DNA of 64,000 nucleotides from Candidatus Beckwithbacteria bacterium GW2011_GWC1_49_16 (GCA_001029675.1 CP011210.1:711528-775527); one strand, 5' to 3'. Positions 46,434 to 55,275 are shown, numbered from the stretch's first letter. Numbers and translations: made by a program. Notes: generated by a model from the sequence alone, not told the origin.

Positions 46434-47585
46434 CTAGAAGTGGTAGATAGTGGCTTTGCCTTTTCCTTCAGTTTTGATTGTTCCTCGTTCTACTAAATCT
46501 TCTAGGTAATTAGTCGCGGTGCTTTGGGAAACATGAAGTAATTCTCTTACATCATCATTGTTGATTTGTTTTTTCACTTCAATTAGTTTTTCGATCTTCA
46601 TTAAATTTTCTTCCCGCTTTGTTTGTCTGGCGTGATTAGCTTTTAATCTTCTAGCTTCCAACTCTGTATTTAATTTGTCATCAACCCGTTGTTGAATTTC
46701 CTCATCACTGACCTGTGGAGCTTGAGGAACTTGGGGTTTTTCTGCTGGTTTTTCCGGCTCAATGTTGATTGTTGGTTCTGGTTGCGGAATAACTGGTTCC
46801 GGTTTTGTTTCTTCTGGCAGTTTTTGTTCTTCAATTGGCGGAGTTTGAACAGGTGGTGTCTCTGTCGTTTCTTGTTTTGGTTCCTCTTTTTGAGATGGTA
46901 AAGAAAGATAAGGAGAAGGATCAATAAAACCAAGGTAACCATTTGCTAAATCGGGATTGTTTGGTTTGATTGCAAAATGTAAATGTTCGCCAAAAGCGGC
47001 ACCCGATGAACCGGATAAACCAATAACTTTGTTAATTCCAATCTCATCGCCTTCTTTGACTTTTGTTTCTTGAAGATGTCCATAAATTGATTGTCCCCAG
47101 GAATGTTGAATTGTGATTGATGTTCCAAAATCGCCATTATCTCCAGACTGAATAACTTTTCCAGAATCACAAGGAAAAACTTCATTTCCGGCAGATAAAC
47201 CAAAATCTAAACCGTTATGTCCAACAATTCCCCACTCCTGAAGTTTCTTTTTAATTTTTTCGTTGGCTGATTGCTGGCCAAAAGAAAAAGTAACCGGAAA
47301 ATTACCGGAGAACGGATAATGTAAAGCGGGAATGTTAATAATCGGCGGAGAAACAGGAGGTACGCTTTCTGTCGGTGGTGTTTCTGTTATTGTTTCGGCG
47401 GGTTGTGGCATTTCTGCTGTTGGTGTTACAGTCGGGGGTGTTTGTGTTTGCTCTGGTGTTGCTTGTACCGGTGGAGTTTTCATCGGCGGATGGTCAGTCG
47501 AAGGAATCACTGGATTTGTTGTTTCCGTTGTTGTTTGGTTTTGGTCTTGGGGAATATCATCAGCCATATATAAACAGTGTATCAA
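46434..47585 (-). CDS. M23 (LytM-type) metallopeptidase with Pro/Thr/Glu linkers and C-terminal winged-HTH
   Basis: HNGLDFG...HLHF M23 His motifs; C-terminal ...DVRELLHVSQSTATNYLEDLVERGTI... wHTH; no obvious signal peptide. Confidence 0.75.
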   Translation of the reverse strand: MIHCLYMADDIPQDQNQTTTETTNPVIPSTDHPPMKTPPVQATPEQTQTPPTVTPTAEMPQPAETITETPPTESVPPVSPPIINIPALHYPFSGNFPVTFSFGQQSANEKIKKKLQEWGIVGHNGLDFGLSAGNEVFPCDSGKVIQSGDNGDFGTSITIQHSWGQSIYGHLQETKVKEGDEIGINKVIGLSGSSGAAFGEHLHFAIKPNNPDLANGYLGFIDPSPYLSLPSQKEEPKQETTETPPVQTPPIEEQKLPEETKPEPVIPQPEPTINIEPEKPAEKPQVPQAPQVSDEEIQQRVDDKLNTELEARRLKANHARQTKREENLMKIEKLIEVKKQINNDDVRELLHVSQSTATNYLEDLVERGTIKTEGKGKATIYHF

Positions 47586-48363
47586 AATGGGACAAGGAAA
47601 TCTTTTGTCTTCTTCTCTTGTTTTTCTTTTTGTTGTTGGCGGCTCCCCCGCCCCCGCCCCGTTGAGAACACAAAGCTAAAAAGGAGGGAACGCGACAGAA
47701 AACCATCGAAGGAGTACAGCCTTTCAAAGAGCGTTCCCGACTAACGCGAGCCCGCAAAGATTTACTTTGTTTTAAAAGAAACCAGCGGGCGAGCCCATCG
47801 AGAGTCATCGCGCAGGGCGCTAAAATAAAAAAGCGCGAAGCGCTTAACCTTAAGCGGGCGCGCAAGCCCTGATAAAACAGGAAGGGGTACAAATAAAGAA
47901 GGCGGGGGCGAAAAAGCGGATACCCCAGAACGCGCGAGCCTTAAAAGTCAAAACAAAAGATGAGCCCCGCTCGCAAGCGGGGCGAGGGACGCGCAGTAGG
48001 AACTCTTAGAAAAGTAAAGCCGTTGTCGCAACCCGCCCCTAGGCGGGTCAGCGCGCGATGAATGGGGTCGCCGCCAACAATTAATCGGGAGGGTGGGTTG
48101 ATACGGAATACAGAATAACCATTTAAACTTTAGTCATGTAGTCTTGTACACTTCTACAAAAGCAAAGTATCTACAGAGGGGCGGGAAACCGCCGGAAGGA
48201 ATTTTGATCTTGTTCTTCCGTTTGGCTTGGCGAGAACCAAAAAAGTGGTGGAACCGGAAGTTTTGTGCTTGGAATCGGCCAATTTCCACCATTTTGGCCG
48301 ATTCATTTGTGGTATTATAGGGAAAGCGGAAGCTTTCCAAAAATCGCGCGCGCAAAAAATGAG

Positions 48364-48495
48364 CGGAGGCGCGGCGGGTGGGGGCGCCGCGCAGAACGCG
48401 AATAGCGACGAAGCGAGCCGAAGGCGAGCGAGGAGCTGACGCAATGCGTTAACAATTTTTAAAAAAGGTTCGAATTTTTTCGTAAACGCTCACCA
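48364..48495. repeat. inverted repeat IR-C', partner of IR-C; ends in TCACCA core (attR-like)
   Basis: as above; followed by aattttgcc resembling sequence after tRNA. Confidence 0.85.
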
Positions 48496-48562
48496 AATTT
48501 TGCCACTAAAAAATCCCCTGCTTTTTTAAACCAATGGTGATTTAAGGGTATGAAGCTAAAAG

Positions 48563-48847
48563 TTATTGCTGTTGACCGAAGCCTCCGCCGTCTTGTCTGG
48601 GAGGCCGGGCGACGTCGACCCTTAAGGGCCGGCCGTCGAGATCCTGGCCGTCAAACATTTCTTTAGCTTTTTGCATTTCCTCGGGGGTTGACATGGTTAC
48701 GAAACCAAAACCCTTGGAACGCCCGGAGGCTTTGTCGGTGATGACGATAGCATCAGTGACAGTACCGGCCTGGGAAAAATGCTGCTTTAATTGATCGGTG
48801 GTAACTGTGTAGGATAAGTTGCCTACGTAAAGTTTGTTGTTGTCCAT
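48563..48847 (-). CDS. RRM-type RNA-binding protein (glycine-rich tail)
   Basis: 94 aa; RNP2 LYVGNL, RNP1 KGFGFVTM. Confidence 0.8.
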   Translation of the reverse strand: MDNNKLYVGNLSYTVTTDQLKQHFSQAGTVTDAIVITDKASGRSKGFGFVTMSTPEEMQKAKEMFDGQDLDGRPLRVDVARPPRQDGGGFGQQQ

Positions 48848-48975
48848 TAATTAATTCACCACCCTTCAAGAGGGTAAATATTAGAGGAAATTAGAGCAAA
48901 ATGGGAAGGGTGCATGAGGTGGAAGAAGTGGGGGTTTTTTAATCTGTCCTTCTGATTATAAAGCAAACTCAAAAA

Positions 48976-50385
48976 CTAGCAAGAGGCAGTTGGGCAGTAG
49001 AGGTTAAAGGTGGCTACCGGGTGGAGAAAGGCGTCCAAGAAGCTGGGGCGGGAGACGACGGTGAAATGGGTGACAAACTTGTCGCCGAAAACTAGCCCGT
49101 CTTTTTGAAGCTGAAGCGACAGGTTATATTCGCCGGGAACGTCCGGAGTAGCGACAACCAAGTTAAGCTTGGCTTCCGCAAATGGTTCGGTAACGGGTAG
49201 AGGGCTGACGGAGATTGACCCTGCCGGCAAGTTGGTGGCAAAATTCAAGCTATAGTTTTCTTTATCCCAGATCGACTGACCCAAGTTTTTTATTTTGAAG
49301 GAAAAGGCGTAGTGGTAGTCGACGACCAACTTGTCGGGCAAGACGGCGTCGGCAAATTGACCGTAGTGGATTTGTTCCGGGTCGCCGGCGGGTTTGTCTA
49401 AGTTTTTGACGGCCTCAAACTGGGGGTAAAAACTTCCCTCCGGCTTTTGCCAGGAAAACCGACCAAAAGGATCCTGGGGGTAATTTAAAACAAAAGGGGT
49501 GACGGCGACGACCCGAGGATCCTGCCAGATTTGAGTGAAGGCGGTGGTAAAGTAGTCGGCGACGGCCTGGGGGGTGTGGGCGCCCAAGACTTTTTCCTGG
49601 TTGTGGGCCCAGCCGGTTTCGGTGATAAAAACCGGTAAGTTGGGGCCGACGCCGAAACGGGAGAGATAGTTTAGCTCGGATTTAAAACTCTCGACCGAAC
49701 CAAGACCGGTAGCGGCGGGCGAGCCGGAAAAATCAGGGTTGGGGTAAGAATGGGAGGTCCAGCCGTCAAAATGGGTAAAAAAATTGGGGTCGTAATCAAA
49801 CGCCCAGGAAAGGTAGGTAAGTAAAGTCATGGTCGAGGCGGAGTCGGGGGCGGCGGCGTCTAGCCCCGCCGGCAGAACGAAAAAATCATCAGAGGCGGCT
49901 TTAAGCTCCCGGCTAAAGGCGGCGGCCACGGCCACGTATTCTTCGGGTTTGACTTCCCCGCCCCATTCTTGGGCGTGGTTGGGCTCGTTGAATAAAACAA
50001 CGTAGCGATTCTTGACCACCCAGTTTAAGGAGTTTAAAAACTGGCTCCAGGCGACGGCATCTTCGGGACGGGGTTTGGCCCAGCCGCCGTCTTCGGCGTG
50101 GGTAGCCAGCCTTACCAGAGGGATGAGGCGGTAGCGACGGAGAGAATCAAAGATTTCCTGCCACTTGGCAACATCTCTATCGCCGTCCTCGATGACTAAG
50201 GTGACGTAACCCCAAGTGCCGCCGGAGCTGTTGACCAGCTTGGCGGCGGCGGGGATGTCACCTTCACTCAAGATGTGAATGCCGTAAAGGTTGTTGGGAG
50301 AAGACAAAGGCGAGACGACGGCGTGGGCGCCAGCCGGAAAGAAAATGAGGGCCAGGGCAATAAAAAACAAGATAAGCTTTTTCAT
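48976..50385 (-). CDS. secreted clan GH-A glycoside hydrolase (GH5-like)
   Basis: start set at MKKLILFFIALALIFFPAGAHA signal peptide; NEP (VVLFNEPNH) acid/base and ITETGW nucleophile motifs. Confidence 0.6.
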   Translation of the reverse strand: MKKLILFFIALALIFFPAGAHAVVSPLSSPNNLYGIHILSEGDIPAAAKLVNSSGGTWGYVTLVIEDGDRDVAKWQEIFDSLRRYRLIPLVRLATHAEDGGWAKPRPEDAVAWSQFLNSLNWVVKNRYVVLFNEPNHAQEWGGEVKPEEYVAVAAAFSRELKAASDDFFVLPAGLDAAAPDSASTMTLLTYLSWAFDYDPNFFTHFDGWTSHSYPNPDFSGSPAATGLGSVESFKSELNYLSRFGVGPNLPVFITETGWAHNQEKVLGAHTPQAVADYFTTAFTQIWQDPRVVAVTPFVLNYPQDPFGRFSWQKPEGSFYPQFEAVKNLDKPAGDPEQIHYGQFADAVLPDKLVVDYHYAFSFKIKNLGQSIWDKENYSLNFATNLPAGSISVSPLPVTEPFAEAKLNLVVATPDVPGEYNLSLQLQKDGLVFGDKFVTHFTVVSRPSFLDAFLHPVATFNLYCPTASC

Positions 50386-50496
50386 CGGAAAGGCAATTAT
50401 AACACCTTGTGGACCGGCTTGATTTTCAAGGGGGTTGCGGTATAATGCGGCTTTACTGATTTTAAATTGCCCGGTGAGGCGTATCCGGCGATTTTT

Positions 50497-50961
50497 ATGG
50501 TTCAAGTAAATTTTCATTTCACCAGCGAAGGCTTAAAAGAGCTTAAAAACGAGCTGAGGAAGTTAACCGAAGAGAAACGGCCGCGGCTGATTAAACGAGT
50601 CACCGTGGCCAGAAGCCACGGGGATTTGTCGGAAAACAGCGAGTACTCGGCGGCACGCGAGGACTTGGCGTTTGTGGACGGCAGGATCGAGGAACTTGAG
50701 GGTCTGATTGCCAAAGCCAAAATAATCAGAAACAAAGGCGGCAACCACGAAGTCAAACTCGGGTGCCGGGTAACGCTTAAAGTGGGCCGGAAAGAGGAAA
50801 CCTTTGAAGTGGTGGGCGAATGGGAAGCCGACCCTTTGAAACAAAAAATCTCCCACACCTCGCCTTTGGGCCAAGCCTTACTGGGCAAGAAGAAGGGTGA
50901 CAGGGTGGAAATTGACGCCCCGGCCGGGAAGCTGACTTATCACATTCAAAAGGTCCACTGA
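50497..50961 (+). CDS. greA: transcription elongation factor GreA
   Basis: coiled-coil N-domain + FKBP-like C-domain (GDRVEIDAPAGKLTYHI); start set at MVQVNF... Confidence 0.85.
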   Translation: MVQVNFHFTSEGLKELKNELRKLTEEKRPRLIKRVTVARSHGDLSENSEYSAAREDLAFVDGRIEELEGLIAKAKIIRNKGGNHEVKLGCRVTLKVGRKEETFEVVGEWEADPLKQKISHTSPLGQALLGKKKGDRVEIDAPAGKLTYHIQKVH

Positions 50962-50962
50962 T

Positions 50963-50990
50963 TTGACAGCGGCGTTTTAATTGCTATAAT
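50963..50990 (+). promoter_or_regulatory. sigma70-like promoter (TTGACA-16-TATAAT)
   Basis: ttgacagcggcgttttaattgctataat, consensus hexamers. Confidence 0.55.
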
Positions 50991-50999
50991 TCCCTCAAC

Positions 51000-51065
51000 A
51001 TGAACTGGCAAACAGCAGACACCAAGAAAAAGACAACCGCTCAAAGGAGGGGTGTGTCTGCGTAG
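51000..51065 (+). CDS. putative 21-codon leader peptide MNWQTADTKKKTTAQRRGVSA
   Basis: short ORF immediately after promoter, three consecutive Lys codons, followed by terminator; hypothetical. Confidence 0.25.
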   Translation: MNWQTADTKKKTTAQRRGVSA

Positions 51066-51086
51066 TGTTTTAAATTTAAACAAAAT

Positions 51087-51113
51087 GCAAACCCCTCCAA
51101 CGAGGGGTTTTTT
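51087..51113 (+). terminator. intrinsic terminator / attenuator hairpin
   Basis: caaacccctc-caac-gaggggtttttt; alternative pairing with ggagggg at 51046..51052. Confidence 0.6.
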
Positions 51114-51124
51114 AGTGGTGAAAT

Positions 51125-51919
51125 ATGTCCAATAACAACTTAATGCGAATGTTTGAAAATCGGTTTTTGCCGATTGCTGCTATGTTAGTTAATAATCACT
51201 CTCTGTCTGTGGATATTATTAATAAACCCAAGTTTGTAGATAGCATTAAAAATCTAGAAGAGTTGGTGCTGGATCGTAGATTTGATGCCATAGCAACTGA
51301 AGTATTTTCGCGGAAAAATTACCAGTCAATGGCGGAAAAAATAAGGTCGATAGACACTTTGTACGAAATTTTTCTAGAAACAAAGGCAGTGCTTGATTTG
51401 CTTGAGAACAAACAAGAGTTAAAAAACAATTTCCATCTGATGAGAGACTACCAAACTGCAAAAATGGAGGGGGAAATGGGGAGTTTTGACCGACACTCAA
51501 AAGTGGCTTTTGTGGGTAGTGGCCCATTTCCTTCAACCGCGATTGCCTACCATCGAACCTTTGGCTGTCAGATAACTGGCGTTGATTACAATCCTGAAGC
51601 AGTAATGCTGGCTGATAAAATGTTAAATCGTCTTGGACTCGAAGGATCGATTTGGTCAGTTTCCTGTGCTGGAGAAGATTTTGACTACTCCGGATTTAGT
51701 CATGTGGTTTTAGCAGGGATTGCCGAACCTAAAGAAGAAATTCTTGAGCAAATTTATCAAACCACCAATAGCAACATAAGAGTTGTGTCCAGAACCACAG
51801 ATGGGCTAAGACAGTTCTTCTACAAACCAGTAAAAGAAACAGGAAATTTTATACAGGTAGATAAAGTTGTAGACGAAAATAATATTTTCTACTCGATACT
51901 ACTAGTACCTAAAAATTAG
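51125..51919 (+). CDS. nicotianamine-synthase-like (NAS/CntL-family) protein
   Basis: 264 aa; KVAFVGSGPFPSTAI matches NAS signature (KVAFIGSGPLPLT). Confidence 0.6.
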   Translation: MSNNNLMRMFENRFLPIAAMLVNNHSLSVDIINKPKFVDSIKNLEELVLDRRFDAIATEVFSRKNYQSMAEKIRSIDTLYEIFLETKAVLDLLENKQELKNNFHLMRDYQTAKMEGEMGSFDRHSKVAFVGSGPFPSTAIAYHRTFGCQITGVDYNPEAVMLADKMLNRLGLEGSIWSVSCAGEDFDYSGFSHVVLAGIAEPKEEILEQIYQTTNSNIRVVSRTTDGLRQFFYKPVKETGNFIQVDKVVDENNIFYSILLVPKN

Positions 51920-51923
51920 CGTT

Positions 51924-52961
51924 ATGAACAGGTTAAAAGTGGTGATTATTTTTGGCGGCAGATCAGTGGAACATGAGGCTTCGGTAATCTCTACTAGGTC
52001 AATCATGAAGTTTATTAATAGGCAAAAATATGAGGTGATCCCGATTGGTATTACTGTTGGGGGTCTCTGGGTGGAGACTAACGAGGCCGATAAGTTTTTA
52101 AACTCTAAGAAAAAGCTTCTGGTTGATAGAGGTAGTCGATTTAATCAGATTCCGAAAATATTACAGAGTCTACCTAAAAATACTGTAGTTCTCCCTTTAA
52201 TGGAGTGTACTACAGGTGAAGATGGGGTGATTCAGGGATTTCTAGAGCTTGATGGGCTGCCTTATGTCGGCACCGGCGTTTTTGGTTCGGCTTTGTGTAT
52301 TGATAAAGTTAAACTCAAAGAAATTCTTCAGTTTCATAATCTACCGGTAGCGCCGTTTTACTGGTTTAGAACTACAGACAAGCTAGATACTAAATTAGTA
52401 AATAACTTTCCATTATTTGTAAAACCAGCTAGATTAGGGGGCAGCATAGGGATTTCGAGAGTGAACAACAATGATGAACTTCAAATAGCTGTTAGGCTGG
52501 CTAGCCAATATGATAATAAAATCATTGTTGAAAACGGTCTGGATGATATTCGCGAAATAGAGGTTTTAGTGGTGGGCAACAACTCCCCTAGGTGCTTTAT
52601 TATTGGTGAGGCTATAACTAACAACAAATTTCAAGATTATGAAGCAAAAAGCCAAGAACAAAGACAACTAGTAGCGCCGGCAAAATTAAGCACCAAAATT
52701 AAAAACAGAATTAAAAGAGCGGCGATAAAAGCTTATCAAGTTAGCAACTGCGCTGGTTATGCTAGAGTTGATATCTTTCTACGAAAAGAGGGGGATAAGT
52801 TTTGGGTTGGTGAAATAACTACTAAGCCAAGCTTTAATAAAACTGAAAGCTACCTAAAGGCTGCCGGGAGGTTAGATGAATATCAGGGATTAATTAACCA
52901 GCTAATCCAACTGGCTGTTGAAATGTGGCAGAAAAAACAGCGGCTAAAAACTAGTTTATAA
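51924..52961 (+). CDS. ddl: D-alanine--D-alanine ligase (ATP-grasp)
   Basis: 345 aa; KVVIIFGGRSVEHEASVISTRSI N-terminus and ATP-grasp core. Confidence 0.75.
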   Translation: MNRLKVVIIFGGRSVEHEASVISTRSIMKFINRQKYEVIPIGITVGGLWVETNEADKFLNSKKKLLVDRGSRFNQIPKILQSLPKNTVVLPLMECTTGEDGVIQGFLELDGLPYVGTGVFGSALCIDKVKLKEILQFHNLPVAPFYWFRTTDKLDTKLVNNFPLFVKPARLGGSIGISRVNNNDELQIAVRLASQYDNKIIVENGLDDIREIEVLVVGNNSPRCFIIGEAITNNKFQDYEAKSQEQRQLVAPAKLSTKIKNRIKRAAIKAYQVSNCAGYARVDIFLRKEGDKFWVGEITTKPSFNKTESYLKAAGRLDEYQGLINQLIQLAVEMWQKKQRLKTSL

Positions 52962-52968
52962 TAAGATT

Positions 52969-55275
52969 ATGTTCTGGGCGGATAAACTGGCTAGCGACAT
53001 CGTCAAATCGGGCAAACATAAACCCTTGTGGGTGGACGACATGAAGACGCCCTCGGGAAGAGTCCACGTGGGGGCGTTGCGCGGGGTGGTGGTTCATGGT
53101 CTTGTTTACCAGGCTTTGATCAAAGAAGGGCAAAAAGCGACTTATTCGTATGTCATCAACGACATGGACCCGATGGATGGCTTTCCTAACTATCTGCCGA
53201 TTAAGTTTAAAAAGCACATGGGAGAACCGTTGTTTAAAATCCCCTCTCCGGAAAAGGGTTACCAGTCAATGGGACAAGCTTACGGCCAGCAGTTTATCGA
53301 CACTTTTAACCGGTTGGGATTTAAACCCAAGATTATCTGGTCGAGCCAGTGGTATAAGCAGGGCAAGTTTGACGCGGTGATTAGACAGGTGCTTGATCGG
53401 GTGGATTTGGTCAGAAAACTTTACCATGATATCTCCGGCTACGATAAGCCGAAAAGTTGGTATCCGTATCAGGTGATTTGTCCCCAGTGCGGCAAGGTGG
53501 GGACGACCATCGCCACCTCCTGGGACGGGAAAAAGGTCGGCTACGAGTGCAAAAAGGATTTGGTCGTCTGGGCCGAAGGCTGCGGCCACAAAGGCGAGGT
53601 CGAGCCGAAGGGACTAGCCGGCAAACTGATGTGGAAAGTAGACTGGGCGGCTCACTGGAAGGTAATCGGGGTGACGGTTGAGGGCGCCGGCAAAGACCAC
53701 ATGAGTCAAGGTGGTTCGTATGATTTATCCAGCGCCATTTGCGAAAAAGTTTTAGATTATCCCAAACCGTTTGCCTTTCTTTATGAGTGGTTTTTGGCTA
53801 AAGGCGGCAGTAAGATGAGCTCGTCGCGGGGCATCGGGGTGTCGGCGAGCCAAATGGCCGAGACTCTGCCGCCGGAAATCTTGCGCTTTTTGCTGGTCAA
53901 AACTCCCTACCGTAAAGCGATTATCTTTGATCCGAATAACAACGAGACGGTGCTCAATCTCTTTGACGCCTATGACCAGGCGGCTGAAGCCTACTTTAAC
54001 AAGAGCGACCCGCTACTCGCCCGGGTATTTGAGTTGTCTCAACCGAGCGGCAAGACCCCCAAAAAAATATTTTTACCTCGCTTTCGCGACGTGGTTAAGT
54101 TGTTGCAAGACCCGAAAGTGGACGAAAAAGAAAAGTTTGCCGAGATTAAAGGAGGCAAGTTGACGCCGGCAGAAGAGCGCGAACTTGAAAGGCGAGTTAA
54201 GTACGCCAAGATTTGGCTTAGTGAGTACGCGCCGGAAGAACAAGTGTTTCAGATGACCAAAATTCTGCCGGAGACGACAGCCACGCTCTCGGCTGAACAA
54301 AAAACCTACCTTCAAACCATCGTCAAAGTTTTAGATAAGGACTGGCAGGACGCTGACCAGTTGCAACAGGAGCTGTATCAAACAGCCAAAAAAATGAAAC
54401 TGGTCGCTGGTGACGCTTTCGGAGCGATCTATATTTCCCTTCTCAATAAAAGCCACGGCCCCAAAGCCGCCTGGCTGATTTTAGACGAAGGAAAAGACAA
54501 GGTTGCCAACAGGCTTAAGCAGGCAGCCGAGTACCAAGTCGCAGAGGTAAGGGTCGCCGAGTCCAAATACCCGGTAATCAAAGCGCCTAAGTTTGTCAGC
54601 ATTAATCCTGACATGGCCAAGGCTTACCCGTCGATTAAAGTGGCTATGGCTGTCATCCGGGGAGTTAATAATAAGGTCGATAACGACCGGTTCGTCACTT
54701 ACCGCAATCAAGTAGTTGATAGCCTTAACGGGATTACCTTAGACGACATTAGCGCTTCAAGGAAAATCAGCTCCTACCGCAAAGCGATTCGGGAAAGCGG
54801 CATCGACTGGCACAAAAGAAGGCCGACGATGGAGGCGTTACTGCGGCGCGTGGCCCAAGGGAAGCAGCTTTACTGGATTAATCCCCTGGTGGATATCGGC
54901 AACTTGATGGCGATGAAACACCAAGCCAGCCAGGGAGTCTTTGACCTTGACCAAGTTAAACTACCGGCGATAATGAGAAAATCAGGAGGCGGCGAAAAGG
55001 TTTTGATGCTGGGAGATACCAAACCGATCACTTTGCAAAAAGGCGAGATTTGTTATTTTGATAGACAAGGCCCGTTTATCGTCGATCTGTGCTGGCGCGA
55101 CGCTAAGCGGACCGGGGCGACCGAAAAAACCCGCGACGTGATGTTTTTATCCGAGGCGGTTTATGACATCAGCCGGAAAGACCTTGATGACGTTCTGGAC
55201 GATCTTATCGCCACGGTGACCCGCTACTTGGGAGGTAAAGTCGAAACAGCTGGTATTGTTACGGCAAACAAGTAA
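52969..55275 (+). CDS. lysK: class I lysyl-tRNA synthetase fused to C-terminal B3/4-like domain
   Basis: HIGH-like HVGALRG, KMSKS-like KMSSSRG, Zn-binding CPQCG...C; C-terminal ~230 aa with VDIGN...FDLD...GE...D..GP pattern of PheT B3/4 domain. Confidence 0.8.
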   Translation: MFWADKLASDIVKSGKHKPLWVDDMKTPSGRVHVGALRGVVVHGLVYQALIKEGQKATYSYVINDMDPMDGFPNYLPIKFKKHMGEPLFKIPSPEKGYQSMGQAYGQQFIDTFNRLGFKPKIIWSSQWYKQGKFDAVIRQVLDRVDLVRKLYHDISGYDKPKSWYPYQVICPQCGKVGTTIATSWDGKKVGYECKKDLVVWAEGCGHKGEVEPKGLAGKLMWKVDWAAHWKVIGVTVEGAGKDHMSQGGSYDLSSAICEKVLDYPKPFAFLYEWFLAKGGSKMSSSRGIGVSASQMAETLPPEILRFLLVKTPYRKAIIFDPNNNETVLNLFDAYDQAAEAYFNKSDPLLARVFELSQPSGKTPKKIFLPRFRDVVKLLQDPKVDEKEKFAEIKGGKLTPAEERELERRVKYAKIWLSEYAPEEQVFQMTKILPETTATLSAEQKTYLQTIVKVLDKDWQDADQLQQELYQTAKKMKLVAGDAFGAIYISLLNKSHGPKAAWLILDEGKDKVANRLKQAAEYQVAEVRVAESKYPVIKAPKFVSINPDMAKAYPSIKVAMAVIRGVNNKVDNDRFVTYRNQVVDSLNGITLDDISASRKISSYRKAIRESGIDWHKRRPTMEALLRRVAQGKQLYWINPLVDIGNLMAMKHQASQGVFDLDQVKLPAIMRKSGGGEKVLMLGDTKPITLQKGEICYFDRQGPFIVDLCWRDAKRTGATEKTRDVMFLSEAVYDISRKDLDDVLDDLIATVTRYLGGKVETAGIVTANK

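Larger units (their letters stand above)
39161..48495 (+). mobile_element. putative tRNA-Glu-integrated ~9.3 kb element / invertible-segment complex
   Basis: TCACCA core in direct orientation at both ends, serine recombinase, nested long IRs, AT-rich cargo relative to flanks. Confidence 0.6.

Noticed and set aside
47332-47892. ORFs (96-115 aa) overlapping the M23 gene 5' region and the GC-rich spacer
   Set aside because: Low-complexity (Gly/Val or Leu/Phe-rich) translations of the Pro/Thr-linker-coding DNA in other frames; no start context.
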